The notes under the pieces are model-generated. The model was not told the DNA's origin and did no database searches. It saw only the letters and a program-made list of their open reading frames with translations. Positions 7,630-17,259 of a DNA stretch of 32,000 nucleotides are shown piece after piece. The translations under genes were made by a program, and so were the position numbers. Origin of the DNA: Psychrobacter sp. HD31 (GTDB lineage: Bacteria > Pseudomonadota > Gammaproteobacteria > Pseudomonadales > Moraxellaceae); the NCBI RefSeq assembly GCF_051097895.1, contig NZ_CP142525.1, positions 1,470,001 to 1,502,000 on the forward strand. Direction: 5' to 3'. The first letter of the stretch is position 1. Each line of letters begins with the position of its first letter.

Positions 7630-9876
7630 ATGACCAATTACAATTTTCAAAACTTACTCTCTCCGCATGAATTTGAGGTTCTAACTAGAGATTTACTACA
7701 AAAGCATTTGAATGTTGGGCTTATCGAATCATTTACCGATGGTGCTGATTGCGGTATTGATTTACGTCATATTTCTGATAACAACAATCAAACTATTATT
7801 CAATGTAAACGCTACAAGAATTATTCTAGTTTAAAAAGCAATCTAAAAACAGAAGTAGTAAAGGTTAAAAAAATAAACCCTTCACGCTATATTTTAGTTA
7901 CCTCAGTTGGCTTAACACCAGAAAACAAAATTAAAATTATTGAATTATTTCAACCATACATTAAAACTACAGAAGATATTTCAGGTAGAAATGACTTAAA
8001 CAACCTCCTTTCCCAGTATAAGGATATTGAACGTCAACACTTTAAACTGTGGTTAGCTAGTACCAATGTGCTAGAAACTATACTCCATCGTGATATTGTG
8101 AATGATAGTGAGTTTTTCCTAGAAGCTATACAAGATAAAGTTAAATTTTATGTGCAAAATGACAGTTTTCCCGAAGCCAGTCAGTTATTAAAAAATGAAA
8201 AATACGTTATTATTTCAGGTATTCCTGGTATTGGTAAAACCACTTTAGCTGAAATGTTAATTCTTGATTTATTAGCTCAAGACTTTCAGTTTGTATATTT
8301 ATCTAATATCAAAAATGCTGCCAAATTCTTTGATAAAGATAAAAAGCAAATATTTTTATATGATGACTTTCTAGGAAGCAACTTTTTAGAAGATTCCTTA
8401 GACAAAAAAGAAGATGACCTAATCATCAAGTTCATTGAAAAAATTCAAAAAACTGATAATAAATATCTAATTTTCACCACAAGAGAATATATTTTACAAC
8501 AGGCACAACAAAAATTTGAAAAGTTAGATAGAGAAGATTTTGTAAAATGTATCATCGATTTATCAAAATATACAAAAAAAGTAAAAGCTGAAATTTTCTA
8601 TAATCACCTGTTTTTTAATTATGTACCTTGGGAATTTGTTCAAGAAATTATGAATCAAGAACTACTTTTCCCAATCATCGAACATCAGAATTATAATCCA
8701 CGAATTATAGAAACTTTTACTAAACAGAAAATATGGGATAAATGCGACAAAGAAGATTTTCCAAGGCAAATAATTCAACTATTTAATAATCCTGTTGCTG
8801 TATGGGAACATGCCTTTGAAAATAATATTACTAATGAATCACGCGTGGTAATGTATGTATTTTTGATAAATAATTTAAACACCTCTTATCATGAACTGTT
8901 TGAAGTTGTTATGAGTTTTTCTGAGAAGTTTTCCAATAAATATAATGTGACATTTAATGATGTACAATTCAAAAAAACAATTAAAGAATTAGAAAATACG
9001 TTTATCAAAACTTATAAATCAAATGAAAAGCGAATTATTGGTTTTCAGAATCCATCTATTCAGGATTTTTTAGTTCATTATGTTGATAAACAAGAGTCTT
9101 TAAAAGAAGATTTGATTAACAATACAATGGATTTAAGTTTACTATTAGGAGCATTCGCTAGAAAAATTGATAATAATAAACGCAAACTAACATTAAACAG
9201 CCATTTATCAAACCTTTTATCTGACAAAATTATTTTAGATTTTGATAAATTGAGATGCTCTAAATCAAGACTCAGTTTCCTTGTTGTTCCAAAAACAGAA
9301 GCTGATTTTATTTTAGAAAAATTGAACTTCATAGCTCTACATCGTAAATTACTGGATTCAGAAAAATTAGAAAATATGTGTATAGAAAAAATGTACCCAT
9401 TTATAAAGAACCCTGATAAAAGTAAATATCAAACCTCAATATACTTTGATTCTATTAATTTATATTTCGATTATTTGGAATATGACTTCAAGTTATTATT
9501 AGATGAATGTATTTATATGGTTGAAGACTATGAAGTTCTAATTCAATTCTCTGATTTTAGAAACATTGACTCAACTGTTTATGATGAGGTCGTTGATAAA
9601 AATGAAGATTTATTCAATGATATTGTTTCAGATATAATTGATGATATATACCAAAGTTCTGATGACATTAACTATGATGAGTCAATTAATTTTCTTCAAG
9701 AAATTACAGATACATTCAATATCTGTACTTATCATGAAAGAGAAAGACTTATAGAAAGATATGAAAGGAGCTATGATGAGCTAGATGATAAGTATAGCCC
9801 TTCTCAACCTAACTCATCTTTGAGTGAAGCTAATGAAAACCATCAAATCATGAGCATGTTTCAGTCATACAAATAA
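7630..9876 (+). CDS. Mrr-like PD-(D/E)xK nuclease fused to a STAND-type P-loop NTPase with a helical C-terminal region (Avs/nSTAND-like candidate defence protein)
   Basis: The N-terminus FEVLTRDLL...DGADCGIDLR...IIQCKRYKN matches the Mrr-type restriction-endonuclease core (D44, Q58-x-K60). Walker A is GIPGIGKTT (nt 8218-8244) and Walker B is IFLYDD (8350-8367). LIFTTRE is an hhhTTR motif as in NB-ARC/STAND NTPases (8476-8484). A GFQNPSIQDFL winged-helix-like motif lies at 9040-9072. The gene is markedly more AT-rich than its neighbours. Confidence 0.75.
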   Translation: MTNYNFQNLLSPHEFEVLTRDLLQKHLNVGLIESFTDGADCGIDLRHISDNNNQTIIQCKRYKNYSSLKSNLKTEVVKVKKINPSRYILVTSVGLTPENKIKIIELFQPYIKTTEDISGRNDLNNLLSQYKDIERQHFKLWLASTNVLETILHRDIVNDSEFFLEAIQDKVKFYVQNDSFPEASQLLKNEKYVIISGIPGIGKTTLAEMLILDLLAQDFQFVYLSNIKNAAKFFDKDKKQIFLYDDFLGSNFLEDSLDKKEDDLIIKFIEKIQKTDNKYLIFTTREYILQQAQQKFEKLDREDFVKCIIDLSKYTKKVKAEIFYNHLFFNYVPWEFVQEIMNQELLFPIIEHQNYNPRIIETFTKQKIWDKCDKEDFPRQIIQLFNNPVAVWEHAFENNITNESRVVMYVFLINNLNTSYHELFEVVMSFSEKFSNKYNVTFNDVQFKKTIKELENTFIKTYKSNEKRIIGFQNPSIQDFLVHYVDKQESLKEDLINNTMDLSLLLGAFARKIDNNKRKLTLNSHLSNLLSDKIILDFDKLRCSKSRLSFLVVPKTEADFILEKLNFIALHRKLLDSEKLENMCIEKMYPFIKNPDKSKYQTSIYFDSINLYFDYLEYDFKLLLDECIYMVEDYEVLIQFSDFRNIDSTVYDEVVDKNEDLFNDIVSDIIDDIYQSSDDINYDESINFLQEITDTFNICTYHERERLIERYERSYDELDDKYSPSQPNSSLSEANENHQIMSMFQSYK

Positions 9877-9912
9877 CAAAAAAACGCCCCTTTTGCAAGA
9901 GGCGTTTTTTAT
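9877..9912. terminator. Bidirectional intrinsic terminator between the STAND gene and convergent fadA
   Basis: The sequence is aaaaaaacgcc-ccttttgcaaga-ggcgtttttt. The GC stem acgcc/ggcgt has inner ctt/aag pairing, with an A-run before it and a T-run after it. Confidence 0.8.
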
Positions 9913-9942
9913 TGGGTTTATTTCATTCAATTCGATAATGAA

Positions 9943-11118
<1,176 letters not shown>

Positions 11119-11154
11119 TTATTCCTTAAATTCGTTATTATGTTGTTAGGTTTT

Positions 11155-11192
11155 CCTGCTAACTCTAAAGATATCTCAGGGTTAGCAGGTGA
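11155..11192 (-). other. Intercistronic stem-loop in the 139-nt fadB-fadA spacer
   Basis: cctgctaac (11155-11163) and gttagcagg (11184-11192) are exact reverse complements around a 20-nt loop. No T-run follows on the transcribed strand. Confidence 0.5.
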
Positions 11193-11254
11193 TTCCCGTC
11201 AAGGTTCGACAAACCATATGCGGAAGATCTCAAACCTCATATTGTCATCGTTAA

Positions 11255-13414
11255 TTAAGCTGTTGGGTAGAATGTTTCGCCAGCAGCTGCCATATCACGG
11301 ATTTTTTGTGGTGCTTCATAAGCTTTACCTAGGTGTGCATATTTTTCACACAGTGCTAAGTAATTAGCCACACCAACTTGGTCGATGTAACGGCATGGAC
11401 CACCACGGAACGGTGGGAAGCCAACACCCATAATCATTGCCATGTCTGCTTCTGCAGGTGTAGAAACAATGTTATCTTCTAAACAACGAACCGTTTCATT
11501 ACAGAAAGCTAGCATCATACGTTCAACAATCGCTTCGTCTGTAAACTCTTGCTTGTTGCTGTCTTGGATTGACGCTAAGATGCCATAAGTCGCTTCATCA
11601 ACCAATTTCTTAGGCTTACCTCTGCGGTCTAGCTCATATTTGTAGAAACCAACGCCGTTCTTTTGACCCAAACGCTCGTTTTCAAATAATTGCTGGATAG
11701 CACCTTTGTAGTCAGGCTTCATACGGTCTGGGAAACCTTCTGCCATTACTGCAGAACCATGAACACCCGTATCTAAACCAACCACGTCGATTAGATAAGC
11801 AGGACCCATTGGCCAACCAAATTTAGACATTACTTTATCAACATGAACAAAGTCAGCACCTTGTTTTAGCAATAGGTCAAATGCACCAAAGTATGGGAAC
11901 AACACACGGTTTACCAAGAAGCCTGGGCAGTCATTAACAACCACTGGCACTTTACCCATACGTTCAGCTAATGCAACAGTTGTTGCTACCGCTTCTTCAC
12001 TCGACTTTTCACCACGGATAACTTCAACCAATGGCATACGGTGAACTGGGTTAAAGAAGTGCATACCTACAAAGTTTTCTGGACGCTCTAGCACTTCTGC
12101 TAAATGCGTAATAGAAATTGTAGAGGTGTTAGATGCCAAAATAGCGTCTTCTTTCACCAAACCTTCTACTTCTTTAAGTACGGCATGTTTAACTTTAGGG
12201 TTCTCAACAACCGCTTCAATCACGATGTCTGTTTCGCCAAAGTCACCGTAGTTAAGTGTAGGACGGATACGACCAAGGGTTTGACCCATTTTAGCCGCGT
12301 CAATTTTTTTACGTTTAACTTGTTTAGCAAGTAGTTTAGTCGCTTCGCCCATACCAAGATCAAGTTGCTCAGACTTAATGTCTTTCATGATGATTGGCAA
12401 GCCTCTGCTCGCTGACTGATAAGCAATACCGCCACCCATGATACCAGCACCCAATACAGCCGCTTCGTCAATACCATGTGCTTTGGCACTGTGTACTTTC
12501 GCAAGTTTTTTAACCGTTTGGTCATTTAAGAACAAGCCTACCAAAGCTTCTGCCTGTGGTGTTTTGGCTGCTTTTGCAAAGTTAGTTGCTTCTACTTCTA
12601 GTGCTGCATCACGCTTTAATGGTGCATGTTTTTCGATTGCACCAACTGCTAACGCCACTGCTGGGTACTGTTTTGGATTTGCCTTAGAAAAAATCATGCC
12701 TTTTGCACTATTAAATGCCATGGCTTGTTCAAGCTGATTTAATTTAACAGGCTCAAGTTTTTCTTGACGTTTTGCTTGCCAATCTAGCTCGCCAGCAATA
12801 CATTTTTTAACAACGTTAATTGCTGAAGCTTCTAGCTCATCAGTTGCAACAACAGAATCAACCAAACCAACTTTTAAAGCTGCCGCTGGTTTTTGAGGTT
12901 TACCCGTTGCAATTAACTCTAATGCATTATCAATACCAACAACGCGTGGCGTACGTACACTACCACCAAAACCAGGGAAGATACCTAGCTGAGTTTCTGG
13001 CAAACCAATTTGAGCCTTATCACCCATAACACGGTATTCACACACTAATGTCATTTCACAACCGCCACCAAGTGCTGCACCATTAATAGCTGCCACTTTA
13101 GGGAATGGAAGGTCTTCAAAGCGATTAAATACGCTATTGATTTTTAAAACCCACTCTTTAATGGTGTCTTCTGGTTGTTTAAAGTTTGCAACAAACTCAG
13201 TAATATCTGCACCAGCAATAAATACTTTTTTGCCACTGGTTACAACCAACCCTTTAACATCAGCGGCTTGTTCTAGTGCCGCAACGGCTTCGCCAAACTG
13301 CTTGTTTGTTTCTAAATCAAATTTGTTAACGCTTTCATCTTGTGCGTCGAAGTGCATTTTTGCGATACCGTCTTCTAGCATTGAAACGCTAATGCGGTTT
13401 CCTTGATAAATCAT
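11255..13414 (-). CDS. fadB: Fatty-acid oxidation complex alpha subunit (enoyl-CoA hydratase / 3-hydroxyacyl-CoA dehydrogenase / epimerase)
   Basis: 719 aa. The N-terminal crotonase domain reads [11 protein letters not shown]...GGGCEMTL. The central NAD-binding motif is [14 protein letters not shown]. The FadB-type N-terminus is [10 protein letters not shown]. Confidence 0.95.
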   Translation of the reverse strand: MIYQGNRISVSMLEDGIAKMHFDAQDESVNKFDLETNKQFGEAVAALEQAADVKGLVVTSGKKVFIAGADITEFVANFKQPEDTIKEWVLKINSVFNRFEDLPFPKVAAINGAALGGGCEMTLVCEYRVMGDKAQIGLPETQLGIFPGFGGSVRTPRVVGIDNALELIATGKPQKPAAALKVGLVDSVVATDELEASAINVVKKCIAGELDWQAKRQEKLEPVKLNQLEQAMAFNSAKGMIFSKANPKQYPAVALAVGAIEKHAPLKRDAALEVEATNFAKAAKTPQAEALVGLFLNDQTVKKLAKVHSAKAHGIDEAAVLGAGIMGGGIAYQSASRGLPIIMKDIKSEQLDLGMGEATKLLAKQVKRKKIDAAKMGQTLGRIRPTLNYGDFGETDIVIEAVVENPKVKHAVLKEVEGLVKEDAILASNTSTISITHLAEVLERPENFVGMHFFNPVHRMPLVEVIRGEKSSEEAVATTVALAERMGKVPVVVNDCPGFLVNRVLFPYFGAFDLLLKQGADFVHVDKVMSKFGWPMGPAYLIDVVGLDTGVHGSAVMAEGFPDRMKPDYKGAIQQLFENERLGQKNGVGFYKYELDRRGKPKKLVDEATYGILASIQDSNKQEFTDEAIVERMMLAFCNETVRCLEDNIVSTPAEADMAMIMGVGFPPFRGGPCRYIDQVGVANYLALCEKYAHLGKAYEAPQKIRDMAAAGETFYPTA

Positions 13415-13779
13415 CGTAATCTCCTTGTGTAAGATTGATTTTCTTATGATGGTGCAAATGGTAATTTCAGAAATTTAGGACAAAATACTGACTTAAAGCT
13501 TCCCTATCTCCGTTATTCACAACGTTCCTAGTTTAGGAGATTTTACACTGGCTGTCATCTCTAATTATCGCTCGCCTTCTGACTTAGTGGTCATACTTTC
13601 TTGATTACTAAGTTAAAAAATACCCAACCTAAAATCAACTGGTTTAAAGTTTCACTCTAATAATTAATGATGACAACTAAATGACTTTGTAAAATTAAGC
13701 GCATATTTAAAGGTTTAACCATGCGATATGTTGGTTATCATGCTAAAATTACTTTATTTTTATATCATTTTAAACCCAT

Positions 13780-14715
13780 ATGCCAAGCTCAACTTTTAGT
13801 CAATTCCACCAGTCAAGCATTCAACAATTATCTGCCGATATTGATAGTCTTTTTGCTACTATCTGTTTGCCATCACCCTTAAAAGATGCCTGCCAATACG
13901 CCATGACAAATGGTGGCAAAAGAGTCCGCCCTTTATTAGTTGCCAGTAGCTTTACCAGCATTTTATCTGATACAAACATGGATACATTAAGCCTATCGGG
14001 TATGGTTCGCAGAGCGATGATGGCAGTTGAACTTTTGCACGCCTACTCACTGGTGCATGATGACTTACCTTGCATGGACGATGACGCTTTGCGACGTGGT
14101 CGCCCCACTTGCCACATTGCTTTTGATGAAGCAACCGCCATGTTAACTGGAGATGTGTTACAAACATTAGCATTTGAAGTGCTAAACGCGGATTTAGCAA
14201 ACTTTAACCCACCCCTGCCTGCTGCAAAACAAGACATTGCTACAAAACTATTGACTATCTTTGCGCCACGTGCCAGACGCATGGTAGCTGGGCAAATGTT
14301 GGATTTAAATGGCGAATCAAAAACCCTAAGTCAAACACAGTTGCAAGCGATACATGAAGATAAAACCGGCGCATTAATCGAAGCTTCTGTTTTAATGGGG
14401 GCAATTTGTGCTAATGCGTCTAACCAGCAACTAACAGACTTACAAAGTTTTGCCCAAAATCTGGGGCTTGCGTTTCAAGTACAAGATGATATTTTGGATG
14501 TAACCGCCGATACCAAACAGCTTGGAAAACCCTCAGGTAGTGATGAAAAGCTCAATAAATCAACCTATGTCAAACTAATGGGCGTTGAAAAGGCTCAAGA
14601 CTATGCCAAATCATTATTTGAACAAAGTAAAACCTATCTTAGTTCTTTAGATAACACAGCAGATACCAATCAACTACATAACCTAGCCGATTGGTTATGG
14701 CAAAGACAACATTAA
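13780..14715 (+). CDS. ispA: (2E,6E)-farnesyl diphosphate synthase / geranyltranstransferase
   Basis: GGKRVRPLLV is present. The first Asp-rich motif is LVHDDLPCMDDDALRRG and the second is FQVQDDILD. Confidence 0.9.
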   Translation: MPSSTFSQFHQSSIQQLSADIDSLFATICLPSPLKDACQYAMTNGGKRVRPLLVASSFTSILSDTNMDTLSLSGMVRRAMMAVELLHAYSLVHDDLPCMDDDALRRGRPTCHIAFDEATAMLTGDVLQTLAFEVLNADLANFNPPLPAAKQDIATKLLTIFAPRARRMVAGQMLDLNGESKTLSQTQLQAIHEDKTGALIEASVLMGAICANASNQQLTDLQSFAQNLGLAFQVQDDILDVTADTKQLGKPSGSDEKLNKSTYVKLMGVEKAQDYAKSLFEQSKTYLSSLDNTADTNQLHNLADWLWQRQH

Positions 14716-14754
14716 TTAACTCCTCTTTGTTTAATTAACCTCCCTTTCTTCATC

Positions 14755-14780
14755 GCCGTATCCTATGATACGGCTTTTTT
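14755..14780 (+). terminator. Rho-independent terminator of ispA
   Basis: gccgtatc (14755-14762), loop ctat, gatacggc (14767-14774), then tttttt. Confidence 0.8.
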
Positions 14781-14888
14781 ATCATATTTAAGGTAATAAA
14801 GAACTAAGATAGTAATGAACGCTACTTGAAACAATATATTTATTTATATATTATATTCTTATTAATATTGATAACTTTAAGGAAGTGC

Positions 14889-15233
14889 ATGATGGCAAAA
14901 TCATATACCGACATTACTAAAAATACTGCTGCAAATATGGCAAAACTTCGCAATAATATACCCGAAACACTACAAGGCTTTAGTAATATGGCTGCTGCGG
15001 CAACACAAGACGGAGTGTTAGATAAAAAAACCAAAGAGTTTATCGCACTTGCCATTGCCGTATCACAACGCTGCGATGCCTGTATCGGTTTTCATATAAA
15101 AGCTTTAATTAGACTCGGCGCAACCGAAGAAGAGGTTTCAGAAATATTAGGTATGTGTGTATATATGGGTGGTGGACCTGCATATATGTATGCAGCAGAT
15201 GCACTGGGTGCGTTTCACGAATTTAGTAAGTAG
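14889..15233 (+). CDS. Carboxymuconolactone decarboxylase / AhpD-like family protein (CxxC peroxidase-type core)
   Basis: The AhpD-like motif is SQRCDACIGFH, with KTKEFIALAIAV nearby. I prefer the ATG at 14889, preceded by aaggaag, over the TTG at 14826 used in the ORF track. The TTG would add an implausible Ile/Leu/Tyr-rich leader encoded by AT-rich promoter-like DNA. Confidence 0.8.
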   Translation: MMAKSYTDITKNTAANMAKLRNNIPETLQGFSNMAAAATQDGVLDKKTKEFIALAIAVSQRCDACIGFHIKALIRLGATEEEVSEILGMCVYMGGGPAYMYAADALGAFHEFSK

Positions 15234-15299
15234 CATGAGTAACAGTGCCTTATAAAGACTATCCCTATACAATACTCTCTTCACACACATCAAATGCCA

Positions 15300-15335
15300 T
15301 AAAAAAACGGGTTGGTAATGAACCACCCGTTTTTT
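15300..15335. terminator. Bidirectional intrinsic terminator between the AhpD-like gene and convergent sodB
   Basis: aaaaaaa-cgggttgg-taatgaa-ccacccg-ttttt. The stem has one bulged T. An A-run and a T-run lie on opposite sides. Confidence 0.75.
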
Positions 15336-15359
15336 ACTACAGTTTACAGCTTGTTTGGC

Positions 15360-15986
15360 TTACTTTTCAATACCAGCAGCTTGACCATTGAACTTAGCAT
15401 TTGCATAGTCCCAGTTCACTAGCTTGTCTAAAAAAGTATCAACATAGTTTGGGCGAGCGTTACGATAATCAACATAGTAAGCATGCTCCCATACGTCACA
15501 AGTTAATACCGCAACTTTGCCATGTGCAAGAGGTGTATCTGCATTCGCAGTTTTGATGATAGAAAGCTTGCCGCCTACTTCATCTGCAACTAACCAAGCC
15601 CAGCCAGAACCAAACTGAGTTAAAGCTGCATTTTTAAATTCTTCACGGAAGTTTTCAAAACTGCCAAAATCTTCAGCAATTTTAGCTTGTAAGTCACCCG
15701 TTGCTTCGCCACCGCCATTTGGTGTCATGCAATTCCAATAAAAGGTGTGGTTCCAAACTTGAGCAGCTTGGTTAAACATACCTTGTTTGCTGTCATCTTT
15801 TGCGGTTGCTAGGATGATGTCTTCAAGACCTTTGTCTTCAAAACCTGAACCAGGTAACAGCTCATTTAGCTTAGTAACATAAGCATTGTGGTGTTTACCG
15901 TGGTGATAGTCTAAGGTTTCAGCACTAATGTGAGGTGCTAGTGCATCTTTTGCATAAGGTAATTCTGGTAGCGTAAATTTTGACAT
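15360..15986 (-). CDS. sodB: Iron-type superoxide dismutase
   Basis: LPELPYAKDALAPHISAETLDYHHGKHH, AQVWNHTFYW and DVWEHAYY are the Fe/Mn-SOD signatures. The AQVWNHTFYW context is Fe-type. Confidence 0.9.
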   Translation of the reverse strand: MSKFTLPELPYAKDALAPHISAETLDYHHGKHHNAYVTKLNELLPGSGFEDKGLEDIILATAKDDSKQGMFNQAAQVWNHTFYWNCMTPNGGGEATGDLQAKIAEDFGSFENFREEFKNAALTQFGSGWAWLVADEVGGKLSIIKTANADTPLAHGKVAVLTCDVWEHAYYVDYRNARPNYVDTFLDKLVNWDYANAKFNGQAAGIEK

Positions 15987-16225
15987 AATAGATTCCTTGC
16001 TTACTTATCAGTTGGCTGGGAGTATGGTCTAACGACCTTTTAATATGAGAGCTTATTATGTCATAACTATTAAAGTGGTTACATTATTTTTATGAAAGAT
16101 AACGATTAGTTTTTTTTATTAAAGCGTATTTGTGCTTTTATAAATTTTTTTTATATTCTCAAAATTAATGCGCCAGTTTGCATCAAAATAGAATTTAGGC
16201 ATTACAAATTACTAAAAATTTAGTG

Positions 16226-16534
16226 TTATTTTTTTGCTGGTTTTATCTGGTAAATCACTTTGCCAATTACCTGTGATTTATCCAATTCGCCCATTTGCTC
16301 TGGTGTAATGCTATTAGGGTTATCGCCTTCTAGCCTCATTTTTTGTGGTAATTGTGCATTATTTATTGTTTTAATTCTTTTAATCATTTTTCCATAGTCA
16401 TGATGATTAACTAAAACCACATCCCCCACCTTCAATGTTTGCCAAGGAAAACGAATTGCCACAACAAAAGCATTAGGCAAAAAATTAGGGAACATGCTTT
16501 GCCCCCTAATTTTAAAAATTTTAATCTTTACCAT
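16226..16534 (-). CDS. sodX: Ni-SOD maturation peptidase (S26 signal-peptidase-like)
   Basis: The S26 catalytic-Ser motif GQSMFPNF is present. The 102-aa ORF starts 9 nt after the sodN stop, which is the classic sodN-sodX arrangement. Confidence 0.8.
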   Translation of the reverse strand: MVKIKIFKIRGQSMFPNFLPNAFVVAIRFPWQTLKVGDVVLVNHHDYGKMIKRIKTINNAQLPQKMRLEGDNPNSITPEQMGELDKSQVIGKVIYQIKPAKK

Positions 16535-16543
16535 CAGTAAACA

Positions 16544-17020
16544 TTAACCTAATTTAGGATAAACTGTTTCTACTGCTGGTGGATAAGGACAAACGGCACG
16601 ATAAGTTTCTACACCTTTTGAATCCCAAAAAGTTTCTGCAAACTTGTTAACTAGCTCAACCAGTTTTTCTGCATTTGCCACACTTAAGCTTTGCTTACAA
16701 GCAGAACCAGCAAGCATAATGTTATGTGCTTGTTCATGGATGTCTGAATATTTAGTAAGCAAATCACCTTTAAAATAATCACCCCAAATAATGCGAATCT
16801 CGTGCTTAACCTTTTCAGCATGCACTTCTTTTTCGCTAACTAAACGAGAAAATTTAGCATGGTCTTCTTTATCCTCGCCCAATTCGTCAACCTGCTTACA
16901 AAAACGTAGTACGCTTAATGCATAAATTTGTGCTGGGGTGGTGTCATAAATACCACATGGCACATCACAATGAGCCGAAACAGTTTCTACATCAAATTTG
17001 TTTAATAGTTGGTGTAACAT
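16544..17020 (-). CDS. sodN: Nickel-dependent superoxide dismutase precursor
   Basis: A 16-aa pro-peptide is followed by the Ni-hook HCDVPCGIYD (His17 would become residue 1 after cleavage). Length is 158 aa. A GGGAG Shine-Dalgarno lies 6 nt upstream. Confidence 0.9.
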   Translation of the reverse strand: MLHQLLNKFDVETVSAHCDVPCGIYDTTPAQIYALSVLRFCKQVDELGEDKEDHAKFSRLVSEKEVHAEKVKHEIRIIWGDYFKGDLLTKYSDIHEQAHNIMLAGSACKQSLSVANAEKLVELVNKFAETFWDSKGVETYRAVCPYPPAVETVYPKLG

Positions 17021-17067
17021 AATGAACTCCCTGTTATTTTAAAAAATTATTTGGTTAAATACTAAAA

Positions 17068-17259
17068 TTACTTAGAGATTTTTTTAAACGCTTGATAAGC
17101 TGCCAAGCCTAAAATTGCTAAACCAGCAACCACGCTACCATAAAAAATCACATGATATAGCATAGAAGCATTAGCTGAATGATCATGCCCTGGGTGTGCT
17201 AGCGCTGATACACTGGCGACGGTAGTTGATGCGACAACGGCAAATTTAGAAGTTTTCAT
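17068..17259 (-). CDS. Small secreted/membrane-anchored His-rich protein, first gene of the sodN cluster (function unknown)
   Basis: 63 aa. The signal-peptide-like segment is MKTSKFAVVASTTVASVSALA, followed by HPGHDHS and one C-terminal TM helix (VIFYGSVVAGLAILGLAAY). An AGGGA Shine-Dalgarno lies 6 nt upstream. The gene ends 47 nt before sodN. Confidence 0.5.
   Translation of the reverse strand: MKTSKFAVVASTTVASVSALAHPGHDHSANASMLYHVIFYGSVVAGLAILGLAAYQAFKKISK

Noticed and set aside
9078-9332. 84-aa minus-strand ORF inside the STAND gene
   Set aside because: The translation is Lys/Leu/Ser/Phe-rich and recalls no known family. It is fully nested in a motif-supported gene and has no ribosome-binding site, so I see no independent support for it.
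7371-9942. Search for direct repeats or att-like duplications flanking the STAND gene insertion
   Set aside because: Only a 6-7-nt similarity was found (attcattgaa versus ttcattcaat), which is not significant in AT-rich DNA. There is no integrase, tRNA or IS element nearby, so the boundaries rest on composition only.
11196-11212. ggttcgacaaacc, which resembles a tRNA T-arm (GGTTCGA)
   Set aside because: No acceptor, D or anticodon stems can be built around it. It lies within the fadB-fadA intercistronic spacer.
11140-11367. 75-aa plus-strand ORF spanning the fadB-fadA spacer and the 3' end of fadB
   Set aside because: It overlaps the fadB C-terminus antisense. It has no Shine-Dalgarno and its sequence recalls no known family. 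The spacer is better explained by the hairpin noted in the findings.
12104-13406. Several plus-strand ORFs (12104-12334, 12438-12737, 12820-13029, 13137-13406) antisense to fadB
   Set aside because: All are nested in the highly conserved fadB gene. Their translations are low-complexity (Ala/Ser/Phe-rich or Gln/Leu-rich).
14826-14888. TTG start at 14826 extending the AhpD-like ORF by 21 codons
   Set aside because: The extension translates AT-rich promoter-like DNA (KQYIYLYIIFLLILITL). The ATG at 14889 has a proper AAGGAAG Shine-Dalgarno.
16093-16111. Fur-box-like sequence tgaaagataacgattagtt upstream of sodB
   Set aside because: By my count only about 12 of 19 positions match the GATAATGATAATCATTATC consensus. 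In AT-rich DNA this is expected by chance. sodB is usually regulated by Fur only indirectly.
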